Below are positions 1-8,385 of a stretch of DNA of 64,000 nucleotides, piece after piece (the first letter of the stretch is position 1; every line of letters begins with the position of its first letter). This DNA is from an uncultured Planctomycetota bacterium (lineage in GTDB: Bacteria > Planctomycetota > PLA2 > JAEUHO01), in contig CAVVXN010000001.1 in assembly GCA_963752285.1 (NCBI GenBank), positions 101,990 through 165,989 on the forward strand, written 5' to 3'. Made by a program: the position numbers and the translations under genes. A model generated the notes under the pieces. The model was not told the origin of the DNA and made no database searches. It saw only the letters and a list, made by a program, of their open reading frames with translations.

Positions 1-578
1 GCCGGGGACTCGCCGAAGGCGTACCGGCTCTTCGGCTCCCCCTCGAACCCGAGCACCTCCACCTCGGCGGCGGCGACGCGGGTCGCGCCGGCTGCCGGCG
101 TGAGCCGCACGAGGATGAATCGCGCGGCGATCGGCGGGAAGGGGAAGAGCCTGGGCCGTCCGGCGGCGTCCAGCGGGTCCGCCCGCACCGAGGTGAAGCC
201 CGCGTGCGCGGAGACCGTCGAGACCAGGACCTCGACCCGCGCGGCCGGCGCCTGGGAAGCCCTCGCGTCGGGAAGCGTCACGCGCACGCCTTGCGGCGCG
301 ACCTCTGCGTCGCCGAAGCCGTAGACGACGTCGAGCGTCGTGCCAGGCGCGACGGCGACCTCGGCGACCGTGTCGGACTTTCCGTCTGCCAGCGCGGCGA
401 CGGAGGCCGCTTCGCCGCCGAACGCCGTGGTCGCGACGACCGAGGCCGCCGGCAGCCTGAGGAGGTCGACCGGCTTCTCCTCCTCCGCGCGCGCCGCACG
501 CGGCAGCAGGCTCAGGAGCGCGAGGGCGAGCGCCGCGCCCGGCAGAACGAGACGAGCCCGGGCCAGCACGCGGATCAT
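1..578 (-). CDS. Secreted protein with discoidin / F5-8 type C-like (galactose-binding-like) domain; N-terminal part only, gene runs off the left edge
   Basis: Not in the ORF track (no stop inside the window). Minus-strand ATG at 576-578 gives MIRVLARARLVLPGAALALALLSLLPRAARAEEEKPVDLL... (signal peptide). It continues ...DGKSDTVAEV...ARFILVRL...AAAEVEVLG, typical of F5/8-C-like domains. Codons end almost exclusively in G/C. Confidence 0.6.
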   Translation of the reverse strand, partial: MIRVLARARLVLPGAALALALLSLLPRAARAEEEKPVDLLRLPAASVVATTAFGGEAASVAALADGKSDTVAEVAVAPGTTLDVVYGFGDAEVAPQGVRVTLPDARASQAPAARVEVLVSTVSAHAGFTSVRADPLDAAGRPRLFPFPPIAARFILVRLTPAAGATRVAAAEVEVLGFEGEPKSRYAFGESP

Positions 579-794
579 CGGATTCCCCCCGTCTCGGCCA
601 CCTCGCCAGGGCCGAGGTCGCGCGGGAGGCCGCGGGCTCCCGGCCCGGTCCGTCGCAAGGGTCGCCGGCCCGTCCGGACGAGGACCGACCTGCCCCCGCC
701 GAACGGGCCCGATCCTACGTCGTGGCCCCACCGCCCACCAGGGCCAGCCGAGGGCGGACTGCCGTGCGCGCGCGAGTCGTCGCCCCTTCACCTT

Positions 795-818
795 CGACTC
801 CCGACCCAGATTTTCGAC
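795..818. repeat. REP-like 24-nt unit on the left flank of the RAYT gene (inverted copy of 2163-2186)
   Basis: Sequence cgactcccgacccagattttcgac. Its reverse complement matches 2163-2186 at 23/24 and 2108-2131 at 21/24 positions (hand alignment). Confidence 0.85.
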
Positions 819-858
819 ATTCCCCACGAGCACGATCCATCCGCCCTTCCCTCGATCC

Positions 859-910
859 AATCCCAAGCCGGAGTTTCGCGCTTCAATCCCAAGCCGGAGT
901 TTCGCGCTTC
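859..910. repeat. Perfect tandem duplication of a 26-nt REP-related unit
   Basis: aatcccaagccggagtttcgcgcttc occurs twice back to back (859-884 and 885-910). The unit is about 18/26 identical to the copy at 797-822, so it is a second subtype of the same repeat family. Confidence 0.9.
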
Positions 911-945
911 GCCGCCAGGGCCCCCACGCATTCCCCGCCTTGGGA

Positions 946-1911
946 TCAGGCTCTCCAGGCGTCGTAGTCCTCGCGGAGAGCCGCGTGCAGGACCCGGGCC
1001 GACCGCTCGGCGTAGAGCCCGTCCTCCCCGAGCAGCCGCACGTGGAGCCGGGCCCGCCTCTGGACGGTCGAGACGGAGGCCCGCACGCCGTGGGCGATCT
1101 CCCGGATGGAGAGTGCACACGCGTGGCGTAGGAGCCCGACGCGAAGCACCTCCCACGCGTCGATGCTCCGGCGCCCGGGCGCCACGCGCCAGAGCGGGGC
1201 CTCTTCCTCGGCGCGGTCCAGAGCGCGTTTCAAGGTCGCGGGAAGTACCAACACGCGCGCGGCGAGCACGCCGTCGGCACGGCGGGCTCTGTCCCCGAGC
1301 CAGCGTTGGACGTGAGCGGGCTTCGCCAGCAGCAGCTCGTCGAGGTCGACTTCGTCTGGCGTCGGGGAGCGAAGCCAGGCTCGCACCAGACGAATCGGAA
1401 CGGTTCGGCCATTGCGAACCGCCGGATCGAGTCGTTGGCCGAAGTCGCGGGCGAGCCAGGGACGTCCTCTTCCGCGGGCGTAATCACGAGCACTCGAGAA
1501 GGGATAGGCTTCGGCGTCCGTGACGATGCCCGCTCGGACCGGGTTGTCGTGGATGTAGCCGATCACCGCACGACGATAGGCTTTCGTTAGGATGAGCTTC
1601 GCCCGGAACCTGCCACGAAAGAGCGGGCCGTCGCGATCGTGACGCAGGTTGAACCACCGGGCGTAGGCGTCTTCGATGCGCTGCAATGCGGCCGAGATGT
1701 CGCCGTGCGGGCTACGCACGAGCAGGTGGAAGTGATTGTCCATCAAGCAGTAAGCGTGGATCTCGAGTCGCTCTCGCCGGACCGAGCAGGCAAGTAGGGC
1801 CAGGAAACGCAGGAACTCGTGGCGGGACTCGAAGATCGCCCGCTGGGCGACCCCGCGGTTCGTGATGTGCCACCAGGCCCCCTCGAAGTCCCGTCGCAGG
1901 CGTCTCGGCAT
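946..1911 (-). mobile_element. REP-associated tyrosine transposase (RAYT, IS200-like Y1 transposase fold) with C-terminal DnaA-C-like helix-turn-helix
   Basis: Part of track ORF 946..2040(-). The likely start is MPRRLRRDFEGAWWHITNRG at 1911, with GGAGG 8 nt upstream. It has the HUH motif NHFHLLV and the YIHDNPVRAG tyrosine motif. The C-terminal ...LSIREIAHGVRASVSTVQRRARL... resembles the DnaA C-terminal HTH. The gene is flanked by inverted REP-like units. Confidence 0.8.
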
Positions 1912-2086
1912 GATGTCTGCCTCCGAGGGGGGATCGCCCGACCTCCCGTCCTGGTCACAGGCGGGCGGTCGCGGATCACTCCCGGTGGGGGTCGCCGGCC
2001 GGAACCAGCCGCCGCGCGGGGCCGCACCGGTGGGGGTCAACCGATCCGGTCGGCCAAGTCGAGGTCGTCAGCCGCCGGCCCGGGGC

Positions 2087-2196
2087 CCGGGCGGTGCGGG
2101 CCTGAAGAGCGAAAATCTGGGTCGGGAGTGGATCGATCGGGCCGGGCGGTGCGGGCCTGAAAGTCGATAATCTGGGTCGGGAGTCGATCGATGCGG
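2087..2196. repeat. Tandem ~55-bp duplication, each copy carrying a REP-like unit (2108-2131 and 2163-2186)
   Basis: Copies at 2087-2141 and 2142-2196 both begin ccgggcggtgcgggcctgaa and are about 48/55 identical by hand alignment. The second copy runs into the ATG at 2191. Confidence 0.85.
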
Positions 2197-4080
2197 ATGC
2201 GGGTGGTTGTTGTCTTTCTGCTCGTTCTCGGGGCGTCCGGTGCGGCCGGTGCGCCCGACGGCTCGCCGGTGGGCGCGCGCCTGTCGGTGTTCGGCGAGGG
2301 CGGCGGTCCGGCGGTCGAGGGCGACGTCTTCCACCTGCTCGACGCGGCGAAGTCCCCGCGGCAGTCGAACGCGCTGGCCTTCGACCGCGCCGACGAGGGC
2401 GCGCGGGACCGCGTGACCCTCCGGTGCCGGATGCGCGTCCTCGCGGGGGGTGACGGCGGCTCGTACCTCTTCCTGAACACGGCGGAATACGGCGTCCGCG
2501 GCCCCGCGCCGTTCCTGCCGAGCGTCGTGGAGCCGAACCTCCGCCGCTCGTTCGCGGTGGGTATCGACGTCCACGACCCGCCGAGCCAGGAGGTGTTCAC
2601 CCCGTGGGGCAACTACCAGGACCTCCCGCAACGCGAGGTCTCGCTCCACTGGGACGGGCGCGAGATCGTGAAGCGCGTCTCGCCCGAAGAGTTCCGCGGC
2701 GACGACGCGGAGGTGGAGATCACGCTCCGGATGGTCGTCGGCGGGGCCGAGGCGACGGTGCGAATCGGCGAGGGCACCGTCTACGACGCCTACTTCGTGC
2801 CCGGCGTCACGCCCTACGAGACACGCCTCGCGATCGCGGCCGGCACGCGTTCCGACGCCACGACGACCTTCGACGTCTCCGACGTGGCGTTCACCGTCGG
2901 GGCGCCGGCGCGGCCGACACGCCGGCCGCACCACGTCGCGGTCTTCAACCACGTCCTCACGGACAACCGGAAGACCGCGTTCGACGAGGAGGTCACGCTC
3001 CCCCCCGCGGAGTTCGCGTTCGGCCGCGTGCTCATGACGATCGACATCCACGACGCCGGACCCGACTGGGACGAGTGGGACCGGAACGGCGAGGTCTCGG
3101 TCTGGACGAAGGACGGCGAGAAGCTCCCGATCGTCTCCTTCATCACGTCGTACCGAACGCCGTGCCACTGGGTGGTGGACGTCACACACCTCCGCCCGCT
3201 CCTCTCCGGCACGACCCGACTCGAGATCGCGGCGGGGACGACCTTCTACAAGAACCGCGGCTTCATGATGAGCCTGGCGCTCGATTTCTGTCCCGGCACC
3301 GCGGACCCCGAGCCCTGGCGCGTGGTCCCGGTGTGGGTCGGGACCGCGCACCATGGACCGCCGGACAACCACTTCCAGGACTTCTTCGTCCCGCGGACCG
3401 TCGCGATCCCCGCGGAGGCGACGGCGGCCCGGCTCGTCGTGACGACGACGGGCCACGCCCAGGTCGGCGAGTTCACGCCCTCGCGCCGCACGATCGTCTT
3501 CACCCCCGACGTCGCCGCCTCCCCATCGGTCGAGCGCCGCTTCGAGAGCGCCCTCTGGAAGACCGACTGCTACCTGAACCCGAACCGCCCCCAGTTCGGG
3601 ACCTGGCAGTTCTCGCGCGCCGGGTGGGCCCCGGGCGACGTCGTCCGGCCGTGGTGGATCGACCTGGCGCCCGACCTCCAGCCGGGCAAGGAGGCCGGGC
3701 TCCGATACGAGACCCAGGCGTACGACTTCTCGGGGCAGGACGAGAAGCCGACGGAGAAGCAGGTCGCCGAGGCCTCACAGGTGGTCCGCGCGTACCTGAT
3801 CCTGTACCGCGCCCCCTCCGCGCAGGTCACCCCCCCCACCCTCCTCGTCGCCGACGTGGCCAGGGGCAGCCACGCCGAGGGCGCCGGCGTACAGGCGGGG
3901 GACTACCTCTCGTCGTACGACGGGAAGCCCGTGGACTCGCTCGACGACCTCCGCGCTGCGCTGAAGGCCGCGGAGGCCGCGGGAGAGAAGGAGGTCCGGA
4001 TCGTGCTCTACCGCGGCGCCGAGCGGGTGGAGCTGACCCTGCCACCGGGCCGCATGGGCGTCAGCCTCACGGGGGAATGA
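2191..4080 (+). CDS. Secreted multidomain protein: jelly-roll/lectin-like N-terminal region, PNGase F-like central region, C-terminal PDZ domain
   Basis: Track ORF of 629 aa with signal peptide MRMRVVVVFLLVLGASGAAGA. The motifs HDAGPDWDEWDRNGEVSVW...SFITSYRTPCHWVVDVTHL and CYLNPNRPQFGTWQFSRAGWAPGDVV recall the two PNGase F-type domains. The C-terminal GVQAGDYLSSYDGKPVDSLDDL...VRIVLYRGAERVELTL is PDZ-like. Confidence 0.6.
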   Translation: MRMRVVVVFLLVLGASGAAGAPDGSPVGARLSVFGEGGGPAVEGDVFHLLDAAKSPRQSNALAFDRADEGARDRVTLRCRMRVLAGGDGGSYLFLNTAEYGVRGPAPFLPSVVEPNLRRSFAVGIDVHDPPSQEVFTPWGNYQDLPQREVSLHWDGREIVKRVSPEEFRGDDAEVEITLRMVVGGAEATVRIGEGTVYDAYFVPGVTPYETRLAIAAGTRSDATTTFDVSDVAFTVGAPARPTRRPHHVAVFNHVLTDNRKTAFDEEVTLPPAEFAFGRVLMTIDIHDAGPDWDEWDRNGEVSVWTKDGEKLPIVSFITSYRTPCHWVVDVTHLRPLLSGTTRLEIAAGTTFYKNRGFMMSLALDFCPGTADPEPWRVVPVWVGTAHHGPPDNHFQDFFVPRTVAIPAEATAARLVVTTTGHAQVGEFTPSRRTIVFTPDVAASPSVERRFESALWKTDCYLNPNRPQFGTWQFSRAGWAPGDVVRPWWIDLAPDLQPGKEAGLRYETQAYDFSGQDEKPTEKQVAEASQVVRAYLILYRAPSAQVTPPTLLVADVARGSHAEGAGVQAGDYLSSYDGKPVDSLDDLRAALKAAEAAGEKEVRIVLYRGAERVELTLPPGRMGVSLTGE

Positions 4081-4144
4081 CCTCTCCCCGCGTGGCGTTC
4101 CGCCTCTCGCTTTGGACGTACACTCCTTTGCCGAGGAGGCACCC

Positions 4145-4594
4145 ATGTCGAAGCTGCCGCGCCCCAAGGGGCACCACACGATCACGCCGGGGTTCGCCGT
4201 CGAGCACGCCTCCGACGTGCTCTCGTTTCTCCAGAAGGCATTCGGGGCGAAGGTCGTCGATCGCTACGACGGGCCGGGCGGCGCGATCATGCACTGCGAG
4301 GTCATGCTCGGCGACTCCTCCGTGATGTTCGGCCAGGCGATGCCGGGCTACGACCCGATGCCCGCCTCGCTCTCGTACTACGTCGACGACGCGAAGGCCG
4401 TCGATGACACGTACGCGCGGGCGATCGCCGCCGGCGCCCAGTCGGTCATGGCCCCGAAGAACCAGTTCTACGGCTACCGCTCCGCGACCGTGAAGGACAT
4501 GGGCGGGAACAAGTGGACGATCTGCGCCGTGATCGAGCAGCTCACGAAAGAGCAGATCGAAGAACGCATGGCCGCCATGCCGAAGGGCGACTGA
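4145..4594 (+). CDS. VOC / glyoxalase-fold family protein (PhnB-like)
   Basis: Track ORF 4112..4594. The preferred start is MSKLPRPKGHH at 4145, after GAGGAGG. ...HCEVMLGDSSVMFGQA...FYGYRSATVKDMGGNKWTI is typical of this fold. Confidence 0.7.
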   Translation: MSKLPRPKGHHTITPGFAVEHASDVLSFLQKAFGAKVVDRYDGPGGAIMHCEVMLGDSSVMFGQAMPGYDPMPASLSYYVDDAKAVDDTYARAIAAGAQSVMAPKNQFYGYRSATVKDMGGNKWTICAVIEQLTKEQIEERMAAMPKGD

Positions 4595-4620
4595 CGCGCG
4601 GCCGAGCGTGGCGTGCCGGC

Positions 4621-5066
4621 GTGACCCTCGCACCCCTCCCGCCCGCGGTCCCCGTCTTCGGACGGCGGCGCGCGGGCTGCTCGTACCGGTCCCGGCCCTC
4701 CGCGTACGCCCTGCTGCGGGACCGTGAGGGGCGCATCGCCGTGGTGGTCACGCCGCGGGGCGTCCACCTCCCCGGTGGAGGATACGAGGGCGGGGAGCGC
4801 GCCGAGACGGCGGTGGTTCGGGAGGTGAGGGAGGAGGCGGCCTCTTCGTCGAGGTCGTCCGGCCGCTCGGCCGGGCCGTCGAGCACCTCGAGGCCGAGCG
4901 CGAGGGACGGTTCTCGGTGGACGCCCGCTACTTCGAGGTCCACCGCGTCGCGGCCCGCGCCGACGCTCCGACCGAGCCGGACCACGCGACCTCGTGGCTC
5001 CCCGCGGGCGTGGCCATGCGTCGCGTGCTGCGGCGGAGCCACGCCTGGGCGATCGCTCGGTTCGCG
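4621..5066 (+). pseudogene. NUDIX hydrolase with an apparent 1-nt frameshift inside the Nudix box (or a sequencing error)
   Basis: The frame of track ORF 4513..5214 gives [23 protein letters not shown] (4774-4842). The canonical continuation G-L-F-V-E-V... and the Nudix C-terminal part (..[14 protein letters not shown]..) are in the frame of ORF 4917..5570. One extra g in gcggcc (about 4838-4841) would restore REVREEAGL. Confidence 0.6.
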
Positions 5067-5570
5067 ATGTCGCCCGTCGCGGCGATCGGAAGAGACGCGC
5101 GTCCCCCGACGCACGTGCGTGCCTTCACACACGACGACGCGCCCGCGTGCGAGGCGGTCCTCCGCGCGCTTCCGGAGTGGTTCGGGATCGAAGAGGCGCT
5201 CCGCGGGTACGTAGAGGCCCTCGATCGCCCGCCGGCCCGGGTCGCGGAACGAGACGGTTCGATCGTCGGCTTCGTCCAGTGGACGCGCGCGCGGGAGGAG
5301 GACGCCGAGATCCACGTCCTCGCGGTCCGGCCCGAATGCCGCGGCTCGGGGGTCGGTCACGCGCTGCTCGTGGCGGCGGAGGCGGCGCTCTCGGCCGAAG
5401 GCGTGCGGACGCTTCGCGTGAAGACGCTCGGCCCCTCCCGCCCGGATGCCCACTACGCCCGCACACGCAGCAGCTACGAGCGCTGGGGCTTCTTCGCGAC
5501 GGGCGAGTCGCGCAGGGAGTGGGGGCCGGAGAATCCCTGCCTCACGATGGAGAAGTCGCTCGAGCGCTGA
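5067..5570 (+). CDS. GNAT family N-acetyltransferase
   Basis: C-terminal part of track ORF 4917..5570: ...[36 protein letters not shown]... (acetyl-CoA-binding R-x-x-G-x-G). An ATG at 5067 is a possible own start. There is no stop between the Nudix C-terminal part and this domain. Confidence 0.7.
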   Translation: MSPVAAIGRDARPPTHVRAFTHDDAPACEAVLRALPEWFGIEEALRGYVEALDRPPARVAERDGSIVGFVQWTRAREEDAEIHVLAVRPECRGSGVGHALLVAAEAALSAEGVRTLRVKTLGPSRPDAHYARTRSSYERWGFFATGESRREWGPENPCLTMEKSLER

Positions 5571-5674
5571 CGGCGATCGGACCCCTCGTCGCCGTACTTC
5601 GACATCGACGGCCGGCGTCGCCGGTATCCTCGGTGTCCTACCCCCTCGGGCCCGGACGGCCCACGGCGAGCCCC

Positions 5675-6400
5675 ATGGGACGGATCTTCGAGAAACGCAA
5701 GACGACGATGTTCGCCCGGTGGGACCGGGTGTCGAAGCAGTTCTCCCGCATCGCGAAGGAGATCGCCATCGCCGTCAAGTCGGGCAGCGCCGACCCCGTC
5801 GCGAACCCGTCCCTCCGGCGCGCGATCCAGAACGCGCGCGCCGCGAACATGCCGAAGGACAAGATCGAGAACGCGATCCGCCGCGCGTCGGGCCACGACG
5901 GGGTCGCGTACGAGGAGATCCTGTACGAGGGCTACGGCCCCCACGGCATCGCGATCCTCGTGGAGGCCGCCACCGACAACCCGACCCGCACCGTCGCGAT
6001 CGTGCGCAGCGCGTTCAAGGCCCACGGCGGAAACCTCGGCGCGACGGGCAGCGTCGGGTTCCAGTTCCAGCGGATGGGCGTCTTCCGTGTCGATGCCCAC
6101 GCCGTCGAGGACGCCGACGCACTCGAGCTCGACATGATCGACCACGGGCTGGAGGAGATGCGCGAGGGCGAGGGAGAGAAGGGCGAGCCCCAGCTGATCC
6201 TCCGTTGCGGCTTCGGCGACCTGGGGAACCTGCAGAAGGCGCTCGAGGAGCGCGGCATCCACCCGGTGTCGGCGGGCTCCGAGTACCTCTGCCGGAACCT
6301 CATCGAGCTGCCCGGGGACCAGGCGAACGAGGTCCTCGCGCTGGCGGACGCGCTCGAGCAGGACGACGACGTCCAGCACGTCTTCACCGCGCTCGCCTGA
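5675..6400 (+). CDS. yebC: YebC/PmpR family DNA-binding transcriptional regulator
   Basis: C-terminal part of track ORF 4994..6400 from [30 protein letters not shown]...; ...[24 protein letters not shown]... is family-typical. Confidence 0.85.
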   Translation: MGRIFEKRKTTMFARWDRVSKQFSRIAKEIAIAVKSGSADPVANPSLRRAIQNARAANMPKDKIENAIRRASGHDGVAYEEILYEGYGPHGIAILVEAATDNPTRTVAIVRSAFKAHGGNLGATGSVGFQFQRMGVFRVDAHAVEDADALELDMIDHGLEEMREGEGEKGEPQLILRCGFGDLGNLQKALEERGIHPVSAGSEYLCRNLIELPGDQANEVLALADALEQDDDVQHVFTALA

Positions 6401-6439
6401 CCGCGAGGGGAACGCGACGCGCGTGCGCGGTCCCCGCGA

Positions 6440-8215
6440 CTAGTCGAGCACCTCCCCGTCCGCGTCGGGGAGGTGTCCCCGGTCCGAGCTCATCGGCGAC
6501 GACTCCGCAGCATCGAGCAGGACGTCCACGACGAACGGGCCCTTGGCCGCCAGCGCCCGCTCGAGCGAAGGGGCGAGATCCGTCTCCGACGTGACCGTCG
6601 CACCATCCGCGCCCAGGCTCCGCGCGAACGCGACGAAGTCCGCTCGCGGGATCTCCGTCTCCCCGGGCGCGGAAACGTCCGCGCGGACGCTCGTCGCGGA
6701 GGCACGCCGACGGGCCTCGTTCAGCACGATCCACACGGCACGCGCCCCCGCGCCGAGGGCCGTCCGGATCTCCTGCCCCTCGAGCATCGAGCGCTCGTCC
6801 ACCACCGCGACGGCCGGGCCACCCCGGCCGAGGGCCGCGCCGACCACGCCACACGCCATGCGTCCTCGCGAGCCGGCTGTCGCGCCCGCGCGGTAGCGCC
6901 GCGGTCGATCGAAGCGGAGGTGATGGTTCGCCCACGCGAACGCGGGACCCGACTCGGACAGCACGACCGCGTCACTGCGCTCGACCACGACGTGCTGCAC
7001 CGCATCCATCAACGCCTGCGGTCGGACCGCGCCCTCCTCGCGGAGATCGACGGCGAGAGGATGGACCGGGAGGGAGGACCGCGGCGAAGGCCCGGCCTCG
7101 CGAAGACACGGCAGGAGCTCCCGCAGGAAGGCGCTCACGTCCGCCTGGATCCCGAACGTGGGTACGTGCGGGTAGGCGGCGCCGAACACCGCCGGGTCGA
7201 GGTCCACGTGCACGACGCCGCCGGGCGGGACGCGCCGGCGATCCCACTGCGACGTGAGCTCGCCGAGCCGCGTACCGAGAACGAGCAGGCGTCCGGGCCG
7301 CTCCCGTTCCAGGAACGAGAGGGCCGACGCATGCCCGCCGACTCCCGTGACCCCCACGAAGAGCGGGTGGGACTCGGGGAACACGCCCTTTCCGCGCGGC
7401 GAGCACATCACGCCGGCTCCGGTCCGCTCGGCCACGGACCGCACGAGTGGCGACGCGTCGCGCGCGCCGGCCCCGACCCAGATCGCGAACCCCGCCCTCT
7501 GCAGGAGCAGAGCGGCGCGACGCGCGTCCGCGTGGGCCACCGAGGGAACCGCGACGTCGATCGGCGCGTCGAGCGAGAGGGCCACGCGATGCGCGTCCAC
7601 GGAACGCGCCTGGCTCGACGTCGGGACGGAGACGTGGGCGACGAAGCGATGCCGCCCGGCCAGGCCGACGAGCAGGCGTCGAACGACCTCGGGCAGGTCG
7701 TCGCCTCCCAACACCGGCACGGCGAGGTCGAAGAGGTGCGTGTCGTGAAGCGCCCCCTGGACCGCGGCGTACGGGCTCGTCTCCCCGGCGGCGCCGCGTC
7801 CCCACTTCGAGACGCCCGTCGAGGACGAGAGCAGGACGAGCTTCGCGCGGTCCGCGCGGGCCGCGGCCACCCCGGGCAGGGCCTCGAGGACACCGTGGTC
7901 CGCGGCGACCACGACCGCCGCGGGCCTGCCCGTCGCGTGGTGGTGCTCGAGCGCGGCGAACACCGCGCCGCCGGCGTCGCGCAGCGGCACGAAGTCGATC
8001 GCCGAGCGCGCGACCGCTTCGTAGAGCGGGCCGCGCGTCCCGTCCCGGGCCCCGAACACGCGCCCGACCCCTGCGCGGCGCAGCCCCTCGACCAGCGCCG
8101 CCGCGACCGTGACGGTCCGCGCCGGTGCCCCCCGAGACGGCTCGGCTCGACCCGTCTCCCGTTCCCGGCCTGGCCGCGCTCGCGTATCGAGGGAGTCCGT
8201 ACGGGTCACCGACAT
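6440..8215 (-). CDS. Thiamine-diphosphate enzyme fold protein (acetolactate synthase-like), with divergent cofactor motifs
   Basis: Track ORF of 591 aa. AAGGAG lies 8 nt upstream of the ATG at 8215. It has the three-domain ALS-like layout, but GDG..NN reads VDE..NE and the usual HE reads RD (by-eye alignment). Confidence 0.65.
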   Translation of the reverse strand: MSVTRTDSLDTRARPGRERETGRAEPSRGAPARTVTVAAALVEGLRRAGVGRVFGARDGTRGPLYEAVARSAIDFVPLRDAGGAVFAALEHHHATGRPAAVVVAADHGVLEALPGVAAARADRAKLVLLSSSTGVSKWGRGAAGETSPYAAVQGALHDTHLFDLAVPVLGGDDLPEVVRRLLVGLAGRHRFVAHVSVPTSSQARSVDAHRVALSLDAPIDVAVPSVAHADARRAALLLQRAGFAIWVGAGARDASPLVRSVAERTGAGVMCSPRGKGVFPESHPLFVGVTGVGGHASALSFLERERPGRLLVLGTRLGELTSQWDRRRVPPGGVVHVDLDPAVFGAAYPHVPTFGIQADVSAFLRELLPCLREAGPSPRSSLPVHPLAVDLREEGAVRPQALMDAVQHVVVERSDAVVLSESGPAFAWANHHLRFDRPRRYRAGATAGSRGRMACGVVGAALGRGGPAVAVVDERSMLEGQEIRTALGAGARAVWIVLNEARRRASATSVRADVSAPGETEIPRADFVAFARSLGADGATVTSETDLAPSLERALAAKGPFVVDVLLDAAESSPMSSDRGHLPDADGEVLD

Positions 8216-8385
8216 GGCCGTCGCTCCTTTGGAGAAGGACCTGGACCTGCGTCAGGGGGTGGCCGCGGCGCGCGCGGAGTTACCTCGGGGCGACCCGGAC
8301 GCGCCGTCGGCCCCGTACAATCGGGCCCGGCCGGCGTCGGGGGCGGCCCGGGGTCGGGCGGGTGGAGGCCGGTGGAGATCGGACC

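Noticed and set aside
946-2040. The RAYT region as a complete IS element or part of a genomic island or prophage.
   Set aside because: There is no integrase, phage or conjugation gene nearby and no target-site duplication that I could see. IS200-type elements do not have terminal inverted repeats. The pattern fits a domesticated REP/RAYT locus.
859-2196. Tandem repeats considered as a CRISPR array.
   Set aside because: There are only two adjacent copies at each site, with no spacers and no cas genes. They are better explained as REP-like units associated with the RAYT gene.
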